Part shown: positions 29,874 through 39,603 of the stretch, piece by piece
Numbering within the stretch: position 1 is the stretch's first letter
Layout of the letters: each line of letters opens with the position of its first letter
Assembly: GCA_017601145.1 (NCBI GenBank)
Contig: JAFNIV010000005.1
Span: 3,815 to 67,814 of the forward strand
From: Candidatus Brockarchaeota archaeon
GTDB lineage: Archaea > Thermoproteota > EX4484-205 > JAAOZO01
Direction of reading: 5' to 3'
DNA length: 64,000 nucleotides
Position numbers and translations under genes: made by a program
The notes under the pieces: generated by a model
What the model saw: only the letters and a program-made list of their open reading frames with translations
Told to the model about the DNA's origin: nothing
Databases searched by the model: none

Positions 29874-31046
29874 ATGGACAAAGAAATTCAACTTAGCTTT
29901 TCATATCCAACAAATGTTATATTTAAAAGAGGAGCTACAAAAGAACTAAGTGAAATCTTAAAGCAACATGACTTTGGTAAAAGTTGCCTTTTAGTTACAG
30001 GATCAAATTTTGCCAGAAAGACTGGTTACCTTGACTTACTGAAGAACGAACTTAGAAAAATTAACTGTGAAACTTATGTTTATGACAACGTTGAGCCAAA
30101 CCCTTCTATTGAAACTGTTGAATCTGGAGCTATGTTAGCAAGCAAAATGAACGTTAATTTCATACTTGCTTTTGGTGGAGGAAGTGTAATCGATGCTGCA
30201 AAAGCTATTACTTTAGTTTACTCCAGTGGTAAAAGGATACAGAACTTCTTAGGGGATATGAGCGTCAGTATTAATACAATACCACTTGTTGCCTTGCCAA
30301 CAACTGCAGGAACAGGTAGCGAAGTAAGTAAGTATTCAGTTCTTACTGACGTAAAACAAAAGAAGAAGCTAGCTATTGGTGGACCTGCGCTCTTTCCAAA
30401 GTTATCAATTTTAGATCCAGATACCCTGATTACCTTACCTCCAAACTTTGTTGCTTCAACAGGCATAGACGCACTTTCGCATGCTCTTGAGTCTTTTTTC
30501 TCTAAAAACTCAACAGTCTTTTCAGATGTGCTATCTAAAGAGAGTACAAGAATAATATTAAACAACTTGCCTAGAGCCTTTGGTGGAGATTCTGAAGCAA
30601 AAATGTGGATGATGTATGCAAGTATGCTTGCAGGACTTTCCATCAATATAACCAGTACTAATGTAATTCATGCACTTGGTTACTACTTAACTATGCACTA
30701 TGGGATACCTCATGGTTTAGCTAACGCTATGTTCTTAGTTAATGCTCTTGAGTATGAAGAATCATTTCTAACAGAAAGGTTTGCTGAACTCTCTGAAGCA
30801 TTAGGCCACTCTTCTCCAGACAACGTTGTTAAGTCAAGACTTCTCTTAAAAGATATCTCTTTATTATTAGATGCTCTAAGAATCCCACGTAACTTGAAAG
30901 AAATAGGTGTGAAGGAAGATGAAATTTATAGTCTTGTTGAAGAAGTAACTCAAAATTACTCAAGGAACTTATTAAATAGCCCTATTGACTTAAACAGAGA
31001 AAAACTCATAGAGATTTGTAAGAATGCATACGTTGGGAGGTTTTAG
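29874..31046 (+). CDS. iron-containing alcohol dehydrogenase
   Basis: 390 aa. GGGSVIDAAKAI, PTTAGTGSE, and His-containing DALSHALE and IPHG. Confidence 0.85.
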   Translation: MDKEIQLSFSYPTNVIFKRGATKELSEILKQHDFGKSCLLVTGSNFARKTGYLDLLKNELRKINCETYVYDNVEPNPSIETVESGAMLASKMNVNFILAFGGGSVIDAAKAITLVYSSGKRIQNFLGDMSVSINTIPLVALPTTAGTGSEVSKYSVLTDVKQKKKLAIGGPALFPKLSILDPDTLITLPPNFVASTGIDALSHALESFFSKNSTVFSDVLSKESTRIILNNLPRAFGGDSEAKMWMMYASMLAGLSINITSTNVIHALGYYLTMHYGIPHGLANAMFLVNALEYEESFLTERFAELSEALGHSSPDNVVKSRLLLKDISLLLDALRIPRNLKEIGVKEDEIYSLVEEVTQNYSRNLLNSPIDLNREKLIEICKNAYVGRF

Positions 31047-31049
31047 TGT

Positions 31050-32210
31050 TTAAGTCTTCAAGAAAACAATTTTTCCTTCAACTAAAGTTGCGTAAACTTT
31101 AAAGCTATTATCTAAAATTGCTATATCTGCATCCTTTCCTTCTTCAACGCTTCCCTTTCTTTTTTCTAACGTCAATAACTTTGCTGCATTGTAAGAAGCA
31201 ACTTTTGCAACTGTTCTTAAAGGAAAATCTGAAAATATAATAAAGCGTCTTGCTAGTTCACTTATTCCAACAGAAGTTCCAACTAAAGTACCATCAGTAT
31301 ACCTTGCAGTTCCATCTTTTGAGATATATGTGAGTCCATCGTAAAAGTACTTTCCATCAGGTAAGCCTAAGGACCTAACACCATCTGTTATTAGTAGTAT
31401 TCTATCTTCTCCTAAAATTTTACTTACAAACTTAACGACACTTGGGTGAATGTGCATTCCATCTACTATAAGTTGAGCTGTAACTTCTTTAGATTCTAAG
31501 ATTGCTATTACTGGTCCGGGTGACCTATGATGAATTGGATTCATTGCATTAAATAAATGGGTTACATGCTTTAAGCCTAATCTTATTGCTTCCTGAGTCT
31601 CTTCATAGTTTGCAGCAGAATGCCCAAAAGAAGGAATGACATTGTTCTTATTAAGAATCTCAATTAACTTATGAGCCCCTTTAAGTTCCGGTGCAATCGT
31701 CATCATCCTAAGATTGCCATTGCACTTCTTCAACACTTCAAGCAAAACCTCTTCAGAAGGTTCACATATAGAAGATTCTTGTATCATTCCTTTCTTCTCT
31801 CTCGATATAAACGGTCCTTCTAAATGAAATCCTAGAAACCTTGCTCCTTCTAATCCTTCGGAAACTCCTTTTAAGGAAAGTTCAATGTGCTTGTTTTCCT
31901 GTTTTGGTTTATATACTGTAGTTGCTAAAAATCCAGTTACTCCAAATTCAACAATTTTCTTTGAGATCTCCTTTACTGCATTTTTGTCTTCATCTAAGAT
32001 ATCATAGCCATTAGCTCCTTGTATGTGAACGTCGATAAAACCAGGGAATACTAGTTTTCCAGATGCATCGATTACTTGGTTTGCTTCTTCATTGTTAGCT
32101 TCTTTCATAATTTTCTTTATCTTTCCATTGGAAATTAATATGCTTCCATAAGTTTCTCCTGTAGGATTTATTATTCTTGCATTTTTTATTAGAATCTTGC
32201 TAGTTTTCAA
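31050..32210 (-). CDS. nagA: N-acetylglucosamine-6-phosphate deacetylase
   Basis: 386 aa. GFIDVHIQGANGYD, HLEGPF, THLFNAM and ITDG motifs. Confidence 0.8.
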   Translation of the reverse strand: MKTSKILIKNARIINPTGETYGSILISNGKIKKIMKEANNEEANQVIDASGKLVFPGFIDVHIQGANGYDILDEDKNAVKEISKKIVEFGVTGFLATTVYKPKQENKHIELSLKGVSEGLEGARFLGFHLEGPFISREKKGMIQESSICEPSEEVLLEVLKKCNGNLRMMTIAPELKGAHKLIEILNKNNVIPSFGHSAANYEETQEAIRLGLKHVTHLFNAMNPIHHRSPGPVIAILESKEVTAQLIVDGMHIHPSVVKFVSKILGEDRILLITDGVRSLGLPDGKYFYDGLTYISKDGTARYTDGTLVGTSVGISELARRFIIFSDFPLRTVAKVASYNAAKLLTLEKRKGSVEEGKDADIAILDNSFKVYATLVEGKIVFLKT

Positions 32211-32222
32211 GGCTACTACTCC

Positions 32223-33245
32223 TTATTTTTTCTTTGAAATAGTTATTAGTCTAGCTTCAATATCTTCAACACTTGCTCCTAATCCTCCAACTAAGTATTT
32301 CTTTTCATTGCTTATAAGTGTAAAATTTTTGAAGATTCCTTGGGGATCGAGTTTATAGTCTACAATGCTTCCTTCAATTTCTACAACACTTCTTGATTTC
32401 CTTTCAAATCCGTTTACTTTTACTGTCAAGTCTTCTTTCTTTGACATCTTCATTATTTCAATTGCAAGCCATATATGTGAAGTTGTCTTTTCTTGGTCTA
32501 ACTTAAATTTAGTTAAAGGTTTGCTTGGTCTCCAAATGGAGTAGTAGAAGAAATCGCTTAGTATACGCATAAGTTCTGGTTCTCCAAGCTCTAGAGAATA
32601 ATCTTCAGCAAACACAATGCAATATGTTCCATCGATCATTATTATTGGCAAGCTTGGTGTTGGTCTCTGTTTGAGTAGTATTGCTTCATTAGAGTTCACT
32701 TGAACTTTGGATTCATCGCAGTAACAAACTATTGCAGCAGTTACATTTTTTCTATTACGAGTTAGGAATACAATACTATCTTTAAGTTCATTAACTAAAC
32801 TAGATGGAGAAGAAACAACAATGTCTACGTTAGCAGATTCTATAAGTGACTTAATCTTCTGTTTTGCTTTATCAAGATTTCTTATTATCCAAACATTTGG
32901 TTCCTCTAAGAGCAAGGAACGATCTTGGGTCCTGAGCTTCTCAATTTCTGAGAATATTGTCTGCTTAATGTTGCTTAGCTTAGCTAAAAGATCATTTGAA
33001 AGTATCTGGAGCGCTATCTTTGGCTCAACAGCTCTAAACTTTTGAGGTCTTTCTTGCTTTATCTCCACAAGACCTTTTAATTTTAAACTATTAAGTACGT
33101 CGTATATTCTGGGTTGAGGTATTTCAGATATTCTAGAAAGTTCTGAAGCTGTAAGTTCTCCTGAAAAGAGCAGAGAGATGTAGGCTTTTGCTTCATATTC
33201 TTTTAATCCATACTCCCTAAATAAGTTAACTAGCGTCTCGCTCAA
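32223..33245 (-). CDS. TrmB-family sugar-responsive transcriptional regulator
   Basis: GLKEYEAKAYISLLFSGELTASELSRISEIPQPRIYDVLNSLKLKGLV. The ORF track extends to 33389 through AT-rich leader sequence. TTG 33245 (MSETLVNLF) gives the usual TrmB N-terminus, but the start is uncertain. Confidence 0.75.
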   Translation of the reverse strand: MSETLVNLFREYGLKEYEAKAYISLLFSGELTASELSRISEIPQPRIYDVLNSLKLKGLVEIKQERPQKFRAVEPKIALQILSNDLLAKLSNIKQTIFSEIEKLRTQDRSLLLEEPNVWIIRNLDKAKQKIKSLIESANVDIVVSSPSSLVNELKDSIVFLTRNRKNVTAAIVCYCDESKVQVNSNEAILLKQRPTPSLPIIMIDGTYCIVFAEDYSLELGEPELMRILSDFFYYSIWRPSKPLTKFKLDQEKTTSHIWLAIEIMKMSKKEDLTVKVNGFERKSRSVVEIEGSIVDYKLDPQGIFKNFTLISNEKKYLVGGLGASVEDIEARLITISKKK

Positions 33246-33431
33246 GTCTTCCCTTACTATGAGCAAGAATAATGTTATAAACTTTAACTTAACATACGAA
33301 TAGGTTGTTAAAGTAGCAAGAAATAAAAATTTAAAAATTATAGAAGATTTTATCTTTGAGGCTATGAAGACACCGCGGGAACCTAACAAAGATGAGGAAG
33401 TTATCCCTGTCTAAGCCTCAATTGCTACTTG

Positions 33432-34649
33432 TCAAAAAGAGTTGTTATATTCTGCCTTAATTAAGTTTGACAGCCTGTGTATGCCTTCTCTTATTTGCTC
33501 TTCAGAAGGGTATGAGAAGTTTAACCTCATCGTATTCTTGCCAGTACCATCAACGAAAAACGACTTTCCAGGAACATATGACACCTTATAGTTCTTTATT
33601 GCTTTTTCTAACATTAACTTTGTGTCAATAGCATCTTTTAACCAAACAAAAACAAACATTCCTCCAATTGGCTTTGTCCATTTTGTTTCTTTTGGCATGT
33701 TATCCTCGAGGGACTGTAGCATAATATCTCTCTTCTTCTTATATTCTCTAATTAGTATCGGAATTCTCTTCTCTATTATTCCTTTTTCCATTGCAAATAA
33801 TGCAATATATTGAGACACCGGAGAAGTTGAAAGATCCATTCCTTGTTTTGCTATAGCAAAAGACCTAATTAATTCTTCATTTGCTATAGCCCAGCCAACT
33901 CTTAGCCCAGGAGAAAAAATTTTGCTAAACGTAGATAAATATATAACCCTCCCTTCATTATCCATTGCTTTTATCCTTTCCATTTTTTCATCTCCAAAAG
34001 TAATATAGCCGTAAGGGTCATCTTCAATAATAAGAAAATCATACTTTGAAGCTAGTTCGAGTAAATGTCTTCTCCTGTCAACTGTCATAGAAGTACCAGA
34101 AGGGTTTTGACATGTAGGAACAGTGTAAACAAACTTTGGAGAAATTCCCTCTGAGTTTAACTCCTTTAATTTACGTTCTAAAGTATCCGTTCTCATACCA
34201 TTGTCATCCATTGGAATTCCAACGTACTGCGGTTCAGATAAGTTAAAAACTTGTAAAGCTGCTAAGTAAGTAGGAAGTTCAACTATGACATAGTTTCCTC
34301 TATCTATGAACAACCTTGAAACTATGTCGAGAGCTTGCTGACTACCTGTTGTTATTATTACTTCATCTTCATTTGCATTTATACCTCCATACTTTTTGCT
34401 GAAACGAATAACTTCCTTTTTAAGCTCATTAACACCTTCAGTTTCCCCATACTGAAAAGCATATTCATTCTTCATCATTAAGTACTCAAAAAGGCCTTCT
34501 AACTCAAAACTTTTTGGTAGAAGCTTTGGATCAGGTAAGCCGCCTGCAAAAGAAATAACAGACTTATCAAGAGACCACTTAAGTAACTCTCTTATGTCAG
34601 ATGGCCGCATTATCGAAACTCTTGAAGCATAAAACTTTTCATAATTCAT
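33432..34649 (-). CDS. PLP-dependent aminotransferase, class I/II (2-aminoadipate/aromatic type)
   Basis: PSDIRELLK and a LSTFSKIFSPGLRVGW lysine region. The likely start is ATG 34649 (MNYEKFYASR); the ORF track starts 19 codons earlier. Confidence 0.85.
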   Translation of the reverse strand: MNYEKFYASRVSIMRPSDIRELLKWSLDKSVISFAGGLPDPKLLPKSFELEGLFEYLMMKNEYAFQYGETEGVNELKKEVIRFSKKYGGINANEDEVIITTGSQQALDIVSRLFIDRGNYVIVELPTYLAALQVFNLSEPQYVGIPMDDNGMRTDTLERKLKELNSEGISPKFVYTVPTCQNPSGTSMTVDRRRHLLELASKYDFLIIEDDPYGYITFGDEKMERIKAMDNEGRVIYLSTFSKIFSPGLRVGWAIANEELIRSFAIAKQGMDLSTSPVSQYIALFAMEKGIIEKRIPILIREYKKKRDIMLQSLEDNMPKETKWTKPIGGMFVFVWLKDAIDTKLMLEKAIKNYKVSYVPGKSFFVDGTGKNTMRLNFSYPSEEQIREGIHRLSNLIKAEYNNSF

Positions 34650-34762
34650 CTTTTTCTTCACATCAAATATAGCACTTTGAGAATATAAAAGCTTAATGCC
34701 AAACAACTAAAGTAAAGGTTTAAGAGAAACTTTATATTTTCTTTCTAAAGTTTCAGTGCTTA

Positions 34763-35206
34763 ATGCATGAATGGAGCCTGGCACAAGCAATAGTTGAAAG
34801 TGTAGTTGAAGCTGCTAACAACAAAAAAGCAAAGAGAGTAAAAACTTTAGAAGTAGAAGTTGGTTCGTTGGCGATGCTAGATAAGGACATAATCTTAGAA
34901 GCGATAAAAACGCTTTCAGAAAGTACTAAACTTGAGGGAGCAGAAATAAAAATATACGAAGAAGAAACAAAATTCAGATGTAAGAAGTGTGGAAAAACTT
35001 GGAGCTTCAATGAAGAAAAAGAAGAAATTGAGAAAAGGTGGGAAGATTCAAAAATAAAAGATGAGTATGGAACTGACGATCTTCCAATACATTATTTTCC
35101 TGAATTAATTTTTACGATGACAAGTTGTCCGTCGTGCAAAAGCAAGGATTTTGAAATAATTGGTAGCAGAGAAATTACCATAAAAAGCGTGACCATAGAG
35201 GTGTGA
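34763..35206 (+). CDS. hypA: hydrogenase nickel-insertion protein HypA
   Basis: 147 aa. N-terminal MHEWSLAQAIV and two CxxC pairs (CKKCGK, CPSCKS). Confidence 0.8.
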   Translation: MHEWSLAQAIVESVVEAANNKKAKRVKTLEVEVGSLAMLDKDIILEAIKTLSESTKLEGAEIKIYEEETKFRCKKCGKTWSFNEEKEEIEKRWEDSKIKDEYGTDDLPIHYFPELIFTMTSCPSCKSKDFEIIGSREITIKSVTIEV

Positions 35207-35209
35207 ACT

Positions 35210-35968
35210 ATGGAAATAGAATTTAAGAATAAGCTCGTTGAAAAGAATACTGCCAAAATAAAAAAAATAATAATGGTTTGTAGTGGTAAAGGAGGAGTCG
35301 GTAAGAGTATAATTTCTTATGCGCTAACTAAAGCAATCTCTAAAAATGGAAAGAAAGTTGGTTTACTAGATCTCGACATTCATGGACCAGTAGAGCAATT
35401 GTTCTTTAGAAAAAGAAGTCTTTTTGGAAATAAAGAAGGCTTAGAACCAGTCTACTCTGATAGCATAAAAGTTATGTCACTCGGCTTTTTAAGCAAAGAT
35501 GAACCAATTCCAATAAAAGGAAGATACAAAGAAGAAATCCTAGAAAACTTGCTTTCGGAAGTTACGTGGAATAGCCTTGATTTCCTAGTTGTGGATATGC
35601 CTCCAGGAATAAGTGATGAACTCTTCTTTTTAAGTAGAAACTTTAGGGAAAAATTATCAGCAGTAGTTGTTACAACACCTTCATTACTTTCACTAAACGT
35701 TGTAAAGAGGATGGTTAAATTACTTCATCAAGAAAAAGTAAAAATTGTAGGTATCATAGAAAATCTTTCCTACTTTGTCTGCAAACATGGAGAAGTGATA
35801 AGACCCTTTGGAGAAGGTGTTGAAGAGTTAGAAGGTGAGAAAGTAATTGGAAAGTTGCCTATAGATCCAAAGCTAGAGGAAATTGTTGCCTTAGAAGAAG
35901 AAATAGACTACGCAAACACTTTTTGGAACTCGATAAAAAGAGTTGCAGAGATTATCGAAAGAAGTTAG
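35210..35968 (+). CDS. Mrp/NBP35/MinD-family P-loop ATPase
   Basis: 252 aa. Deviant Walker A CSGKGGVGKS, DMPPG, and IIENLSYFVC. It starts 4 nt after hypA. Confidence 0.85.
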   Translation: MEIEFKNKLVEKNTAKIKKIIMVCSGKGGVGKSIISYALTKAISKNGKKVGLLDLDIHGPVEQLFFRKRSLFGNKEGLEPVYSDSIKVMSLGFLSKDEPIPIKGRYKEEILENLLSEVTWNSLDFLVVDMPPGISDELFFLSRNFREKLSAVVVTTPSLLSLNVVKRMVKLLHQEKVKIVGIIENLSYFVCKHGEVIRPFGEGVEELEGEKVIGKLPIDPKLEEIVALEEEIDYANTFWNSIKRVAEIIERS

Positions 35969-36228
35969 TTTTGCTTTTCTTGAATTTTATTCTTCAAAAA
36001 CTCTTTAAACGACGTGCTAACTTCAGCTTTTGTTGAAAATATTATTTTGTCCGAAAGAGAAGTAAAAAGGTCTGAAATTTCTTTTTGATCTTTTTTTGTG
36101 AGGTCAAGGTAGAAAATCAAACCATAAACATTAACGAACAAGAATGGATCAAGCCTTATTATGAATTCTGATAGTCTTGAAACTTTCATAAAGGAATTGA
36201 CATCCTCAATTTCAAGAAACTCTCGCAT
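35965..36228 (-). CDS. hypothetical protein
   Basis: 87-aa ORF filling the gap. No motif recognised. Confidence 0.3.
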   Translation of the reverse strand: MREFLEIEDVNSFMKVSRLSEFIIRLDPFLFVNVYGLIFYLDLTKKDQKEISDLFTSLSDKIIFSTKAEVSTSFKEFLKNKIQEKQN

Positions 36229-36274
36229 AAAAAAGATTTAAAGCACCTAAATATAAAGTTTTAGAAGTAATTCC

Positions 36275-37378
36275 TTAAAAAGAAGCAACTATTAAGTTGT
36301 GTATCTTTGGTCTAAATTCAATGATTAAGTTATTGCTTCTAGAAGGATGAACTCTATTCGTTAAGAGAACAACAATTAGCTCTTTTTTAGGATCTACCCA
36401 AACTGAAGTTCCTGTAAAGCCAGTATGCCCAAACGCTTCTCTGCTCATAAGTTCTCCAGCAGAACATGGCTCATTTGTATCGTTAATTACCCATCCCAGC
36501 CCGTAACCTCCTCCAATGTAACTTATCCAATCTTTTGTCATGGTCTCAACGGATTCTTCCGAAAGAATTTCTTTTTCTCCATAACTGCCTTTGTTCAATA
36601 GCATCTGGGCAATTTTTGCTATTTCAAGAGCATTTGAAAATAAGCCAGCATGTCCACTTACTCCTCCTAAAGCATACGCATTTTCATCGTGAACTTCTCC
36701 AACAAGCAATTTCCCTCTCCACTTACAATCTTCAGTTGCGGCAACGTTATCTTTAAGTTCAGAAGGGGGATTAAACATTGTATTTTTTAACTCGAGTGGT
36801 TCTACAACAAATTCATTAAACAATTTGTTAAAGCTTTTTCCTGTTACTCTTTCAGCAATTTCCATTAAAACTATGTAACCCAAGTCACTATAAACAAATC
36901 TTTCACCAGGTTTTCCATGTAAGAAGGCATTTATTGAAGCTTCAATTATCTCTCTCCCTTTATGCCCTCTGTAAAGCGGCTCCCATGCAGGTAATCCAGA
37001 AGTATGTGTTAAAAGATGCCAAATTCTAATTTCATCCTTCTCTGAATTCCTAAACTCTTTTATTACAGAAGAAGCTTTCTCTTTCAGCGAAATACTTCCT
37101 TCTTCAACTAACTTCATTACAATTATAGAAGTAGCAAGAGATTTTGTTAAAGAAGCTAAGTCGAAAAGTGTATCCTTTCTCATAATTTTTCTTTCAGGTA
37201 ATAGCTGAGAAAAACCAAACGCTTCATGGTAAACTATTTTTCCTTGCTTCACTACCAACAAAACGGCTCCAGGAAAAACAACTTCAACTGCACTTTGCAT
37301 GAACTGACTTATCTTTTCTATTTTTTTGTTTTCAGCTTTAACTTTTTCAGGATCTGTACATTCAAGCTCTATCTTCAT
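36275..37378 (-). CDS. beta-lactamase-family serine hydrolase (esterase/penicillin-binding type)
   Basis: S-x-x-K motif in LASLTKSL, plus later YSDLGY and HTGFTG. The likely start is ATG 37378; the ORF track extends to 37456. Confidence 0.8.
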   Translation of the reverse strand: MKIELECTDPEKVKAENKKIEKISQFMQSAVEVVFPGAVLLVVKQGKIVYHEAFGFSQLLPERKIMRKDTLFDLASLTKSLATSIIVMKLVEEGSISLKEKASSVIKEFRNSEKDEIRIWHLLTHTSGLPAWEPLYRGHKGREIIEASINAFLHGKPGERFVYSDLGYIVLMEIAERVTGKSFNKLFNEFVVEPLELKNTMFNPPSELKDNVAATEDCKWRGKLLVGEVHDENAYALGGVSGHAGLFSNALEIAKIAQMLLNKGSYGEKEILSEESVETMTKDWISYIGGGYGLGWVINDTNEPCSAGELMSREAFGHTGFTGTSVWVDPKKELIVVLLTNRVHPSRSNNLIIEFRPKIHNLIVASF

Positions 37379-37610
37379 AAGTATTGATGACAAGCGAAGG
37401 TATATAATAAAGTTTTTGCCATATTGCTTTGGAGTCTTATTTAAGCTTATACTCAAATTCTTTGTTTACAATGCTGTCTAGCAAAATATAATTTAAGTAA
37501 AAACATTATTATTTCATTAGAGAAAAATGCACCTCAGATTACAATAAAAACTTTCACTTCAATCTAAGAAAATTTTAACAATAAACAATGCTCAGAACAA
37601 ATACTTTAGA

Positions 37611-38522
37611 TCATTCTCTTATGTACGGCGTACCGAGAGCTGAAGGAGGTCTTACTCTTCTCTTAGCTAACAAAATAGTAGCAACAGCCATTACTACAAT
37701 AGTTACCACATATGGAAGCGAATTCAATAAGCTTACAGGTATTCCATATGGTTGAAGAACATATTGAAGAGCGTCTATACTCCCAAAAGCAAGTGCTACA
37801 AGAATTCCTTTCAGTGGATCCCATAGGGAAAGAACTGTTAAAGCTATTGCAATCCATCCTCTTCCTTGAGTCATACCATCAATCCAACCTGGAAGGTATG
37901 CGAGAGAAATATAAGCACCAGCTAATCCTTCAAGTGCACCTCCAAATAAAGTACATAAGTATCTAACAAGTTCAACATTAATTCCTGAAGCATCAGCAGC
38001 ACTTGGGTTTTCTCCAACAGCTATAATTTGTAGTCCATACTTGGTGCGATTTAAAAAGAACCACATAAAGATTGATAAAATCAAAGAAAAGTAAACAAGA
38101 AAGTCTTGATTAAAAAAAGCTCCAGCTATTGGAACACTTGCCAGATAAGGAATTCTAATGGGTTGAAGAGTTAAAGTTAGCGGTAACCCTACATACTTAG
38201 AACCTGCTACGCTAGATATTCCCAATCCAAGCATAGCTAATGCAAGACCAGAAACTGTTTGATTTGCCTTAAAGGTTATGCTGCTGATTGCATGCAATGA
38301 AGAAAGCAATATTCCAATTGTTGCAGCTGCTAAAAGACTTAGTGGCAATGATCTAGTAGTATAAGCTACAAAGAAACCAGTAAATGCTCCAATTGCCATT
38401 ATACCTTCTATTCCTAAGTTTAGAATTCCTGACCTTTCAGTATAAATTTCTCCAAGGGTGGCTAGTAATAACGGAGTACTTGCTTTTATTGACTCTAAAA
38501 GCAAGGAAGTAACTATGTCCAT
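37611..38522 (-). CDS. ABC transporter permease (BMP/simple-sugar/nucleoside type)
   Basis: 303 aa, multi-TM. It lies in an operon with the BMP-family binding protein. Confidence 0.85.
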   Translation of the reverse strand: MDIVTSLLLESIKASTPLLLATLGEIYTERSGILNLGIEGIMAIGAFTGFFVAYTTRSLPLSLLAAATIGILLSSLHAISSITFKANQTVSGLALAMLGLGISSVAGSKYVGLPLTLTLQPIRIPYLASVPIAGAFFNQDFLVYFSLILSIFMWFFLNRTKYGLQIIAVGENPSAADASGINVELVRYLCTLFGGALEGLAGAYISLAYLPGWIDGMTQGRGWIAIALTVLSLWDPLKGILVALAFGSIDALQYVLQPYGIPVSLLNSLPYVVTIVVMAVATILLAKRRVRPPSALGTPYIRE

Positions 38523-39583
38523 TCTATTCTCACCCTGTAACCAACTAGGTACTCAGAAGAAATCAGGAAGATTAGTATGACACCATTAAAGACGTTAATA
38601 AGTCCATAGGATAAACCAAGAGAAACCTTTGCGATGTTTCCTCCAACAAATAGTGCGCTAACGAACAAAGATGCAACTAGTACAACGACTGGGTTAAAGC
38701 CACCAATCCAAGCTGGAATTATGGCACTATAGCCATATCCTGGAGATATGTTTCTTATTAATCTGTATTGAATTCCAGCAGCTTCACCTACACCTGCAAT
38801 ACCTGCTAATCCTCCACTTATCATCATAACAATAAGTGAATTCTTAAAAGTATCTATACCTGAAATTCTTGCTGCTTCTAAATTGTCCCCCATAGCTTTT
38901 ATCTCGAGACCAAACTTTGTTCTATTCATTACAAAGAGAATTAAAAAAGTTAAAAGAATTAAAAGAATTAACGTAGGATAGTGAATTCTTGTTCCTGGTA
39001 TTGATGGTAACCTTGCGAACTTTGGAAACTCATCTGTTATTGGGTAGTTGAATACTCCATGTCCACGCCATGGTCCAGAAAGTAAGTAATCAAGTAGATT
39101 AAGAGAAATATAATTCATCATTAAAGTAACTATAACTTCGTTAACATTGTACTTTGATTTTAGAAATGCAGGAACAGTTGCCCATACTAATCCTCCAATA
39201 AAACCTGCTAGGAACATTGAGGGTAAAATAAGGACTTGAGGAAAGTTGGAAAACAAAGCAACCCAAGTTGCAAATATTGCCCCCATGATAAGTTGTCCAT
39301 CTGAACCAATGTTCCATACCTTTGCTGTATAGGCAAGAGACAAACCAAGAGAACATAACCCAATAGGTATACTCTTAACTATAACTTCCGAAATGCCGAA
39401 AGTACTTCCAAAAACACCAGAAAGAATTACAGAGTAAGCATAAAATGGATCAATACCACTTACAATGAACAATAAGCCTATAGAAAGAAGAGCAAGTACT
39501 ATAGAAGCAATTCTTACAGCTATGATCTCATACTTGCTTATTTGAACTCTTTTTTCTAGCTTTACCCTCATTTTGCGCCACAA
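38513..39583 (-). CDS. ABC transporter permease (BMP/simple-sugar/nucleoside type)
   Basis: 356 aa, multi-TM. It overlaps the downstream permease gene. Confidence 0.85.
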   Translation of the reverse strand: MWRKMRVKLEKRVQISKYEIIAVRIASIVLALLSIGLLFIVSGIDPFYAYSVILSGVFGSTFGISEVIVKSIPIGLCSLGLSLAYTAKVWNIGSDGQLIMGAIFATWVALFSNFPQVLILPSMFLAGFIGGLVWATVPAFLKSKYNVNEVIVTLMMNYISLNLLDYLLSGPWRGHGVFNYPITDEFPKFARLPSIPGTRIHYPTLILLILLTFLILFVMNRTKFGLEIKAMGDNLEAARISGIDTFKNSLIVMMISGGLAGIAGVGEAAGIQYRLIRNISPGYGYSAIIPAWIGGFNPVVVLVASLFVSALFVGGNIAKVSLGLSYGLINVFNGVILIFLISSEYLVGYRVRIEWT

Positions 39584-39603
39584 TAAATCATCTTATCAGG
39601 TAT

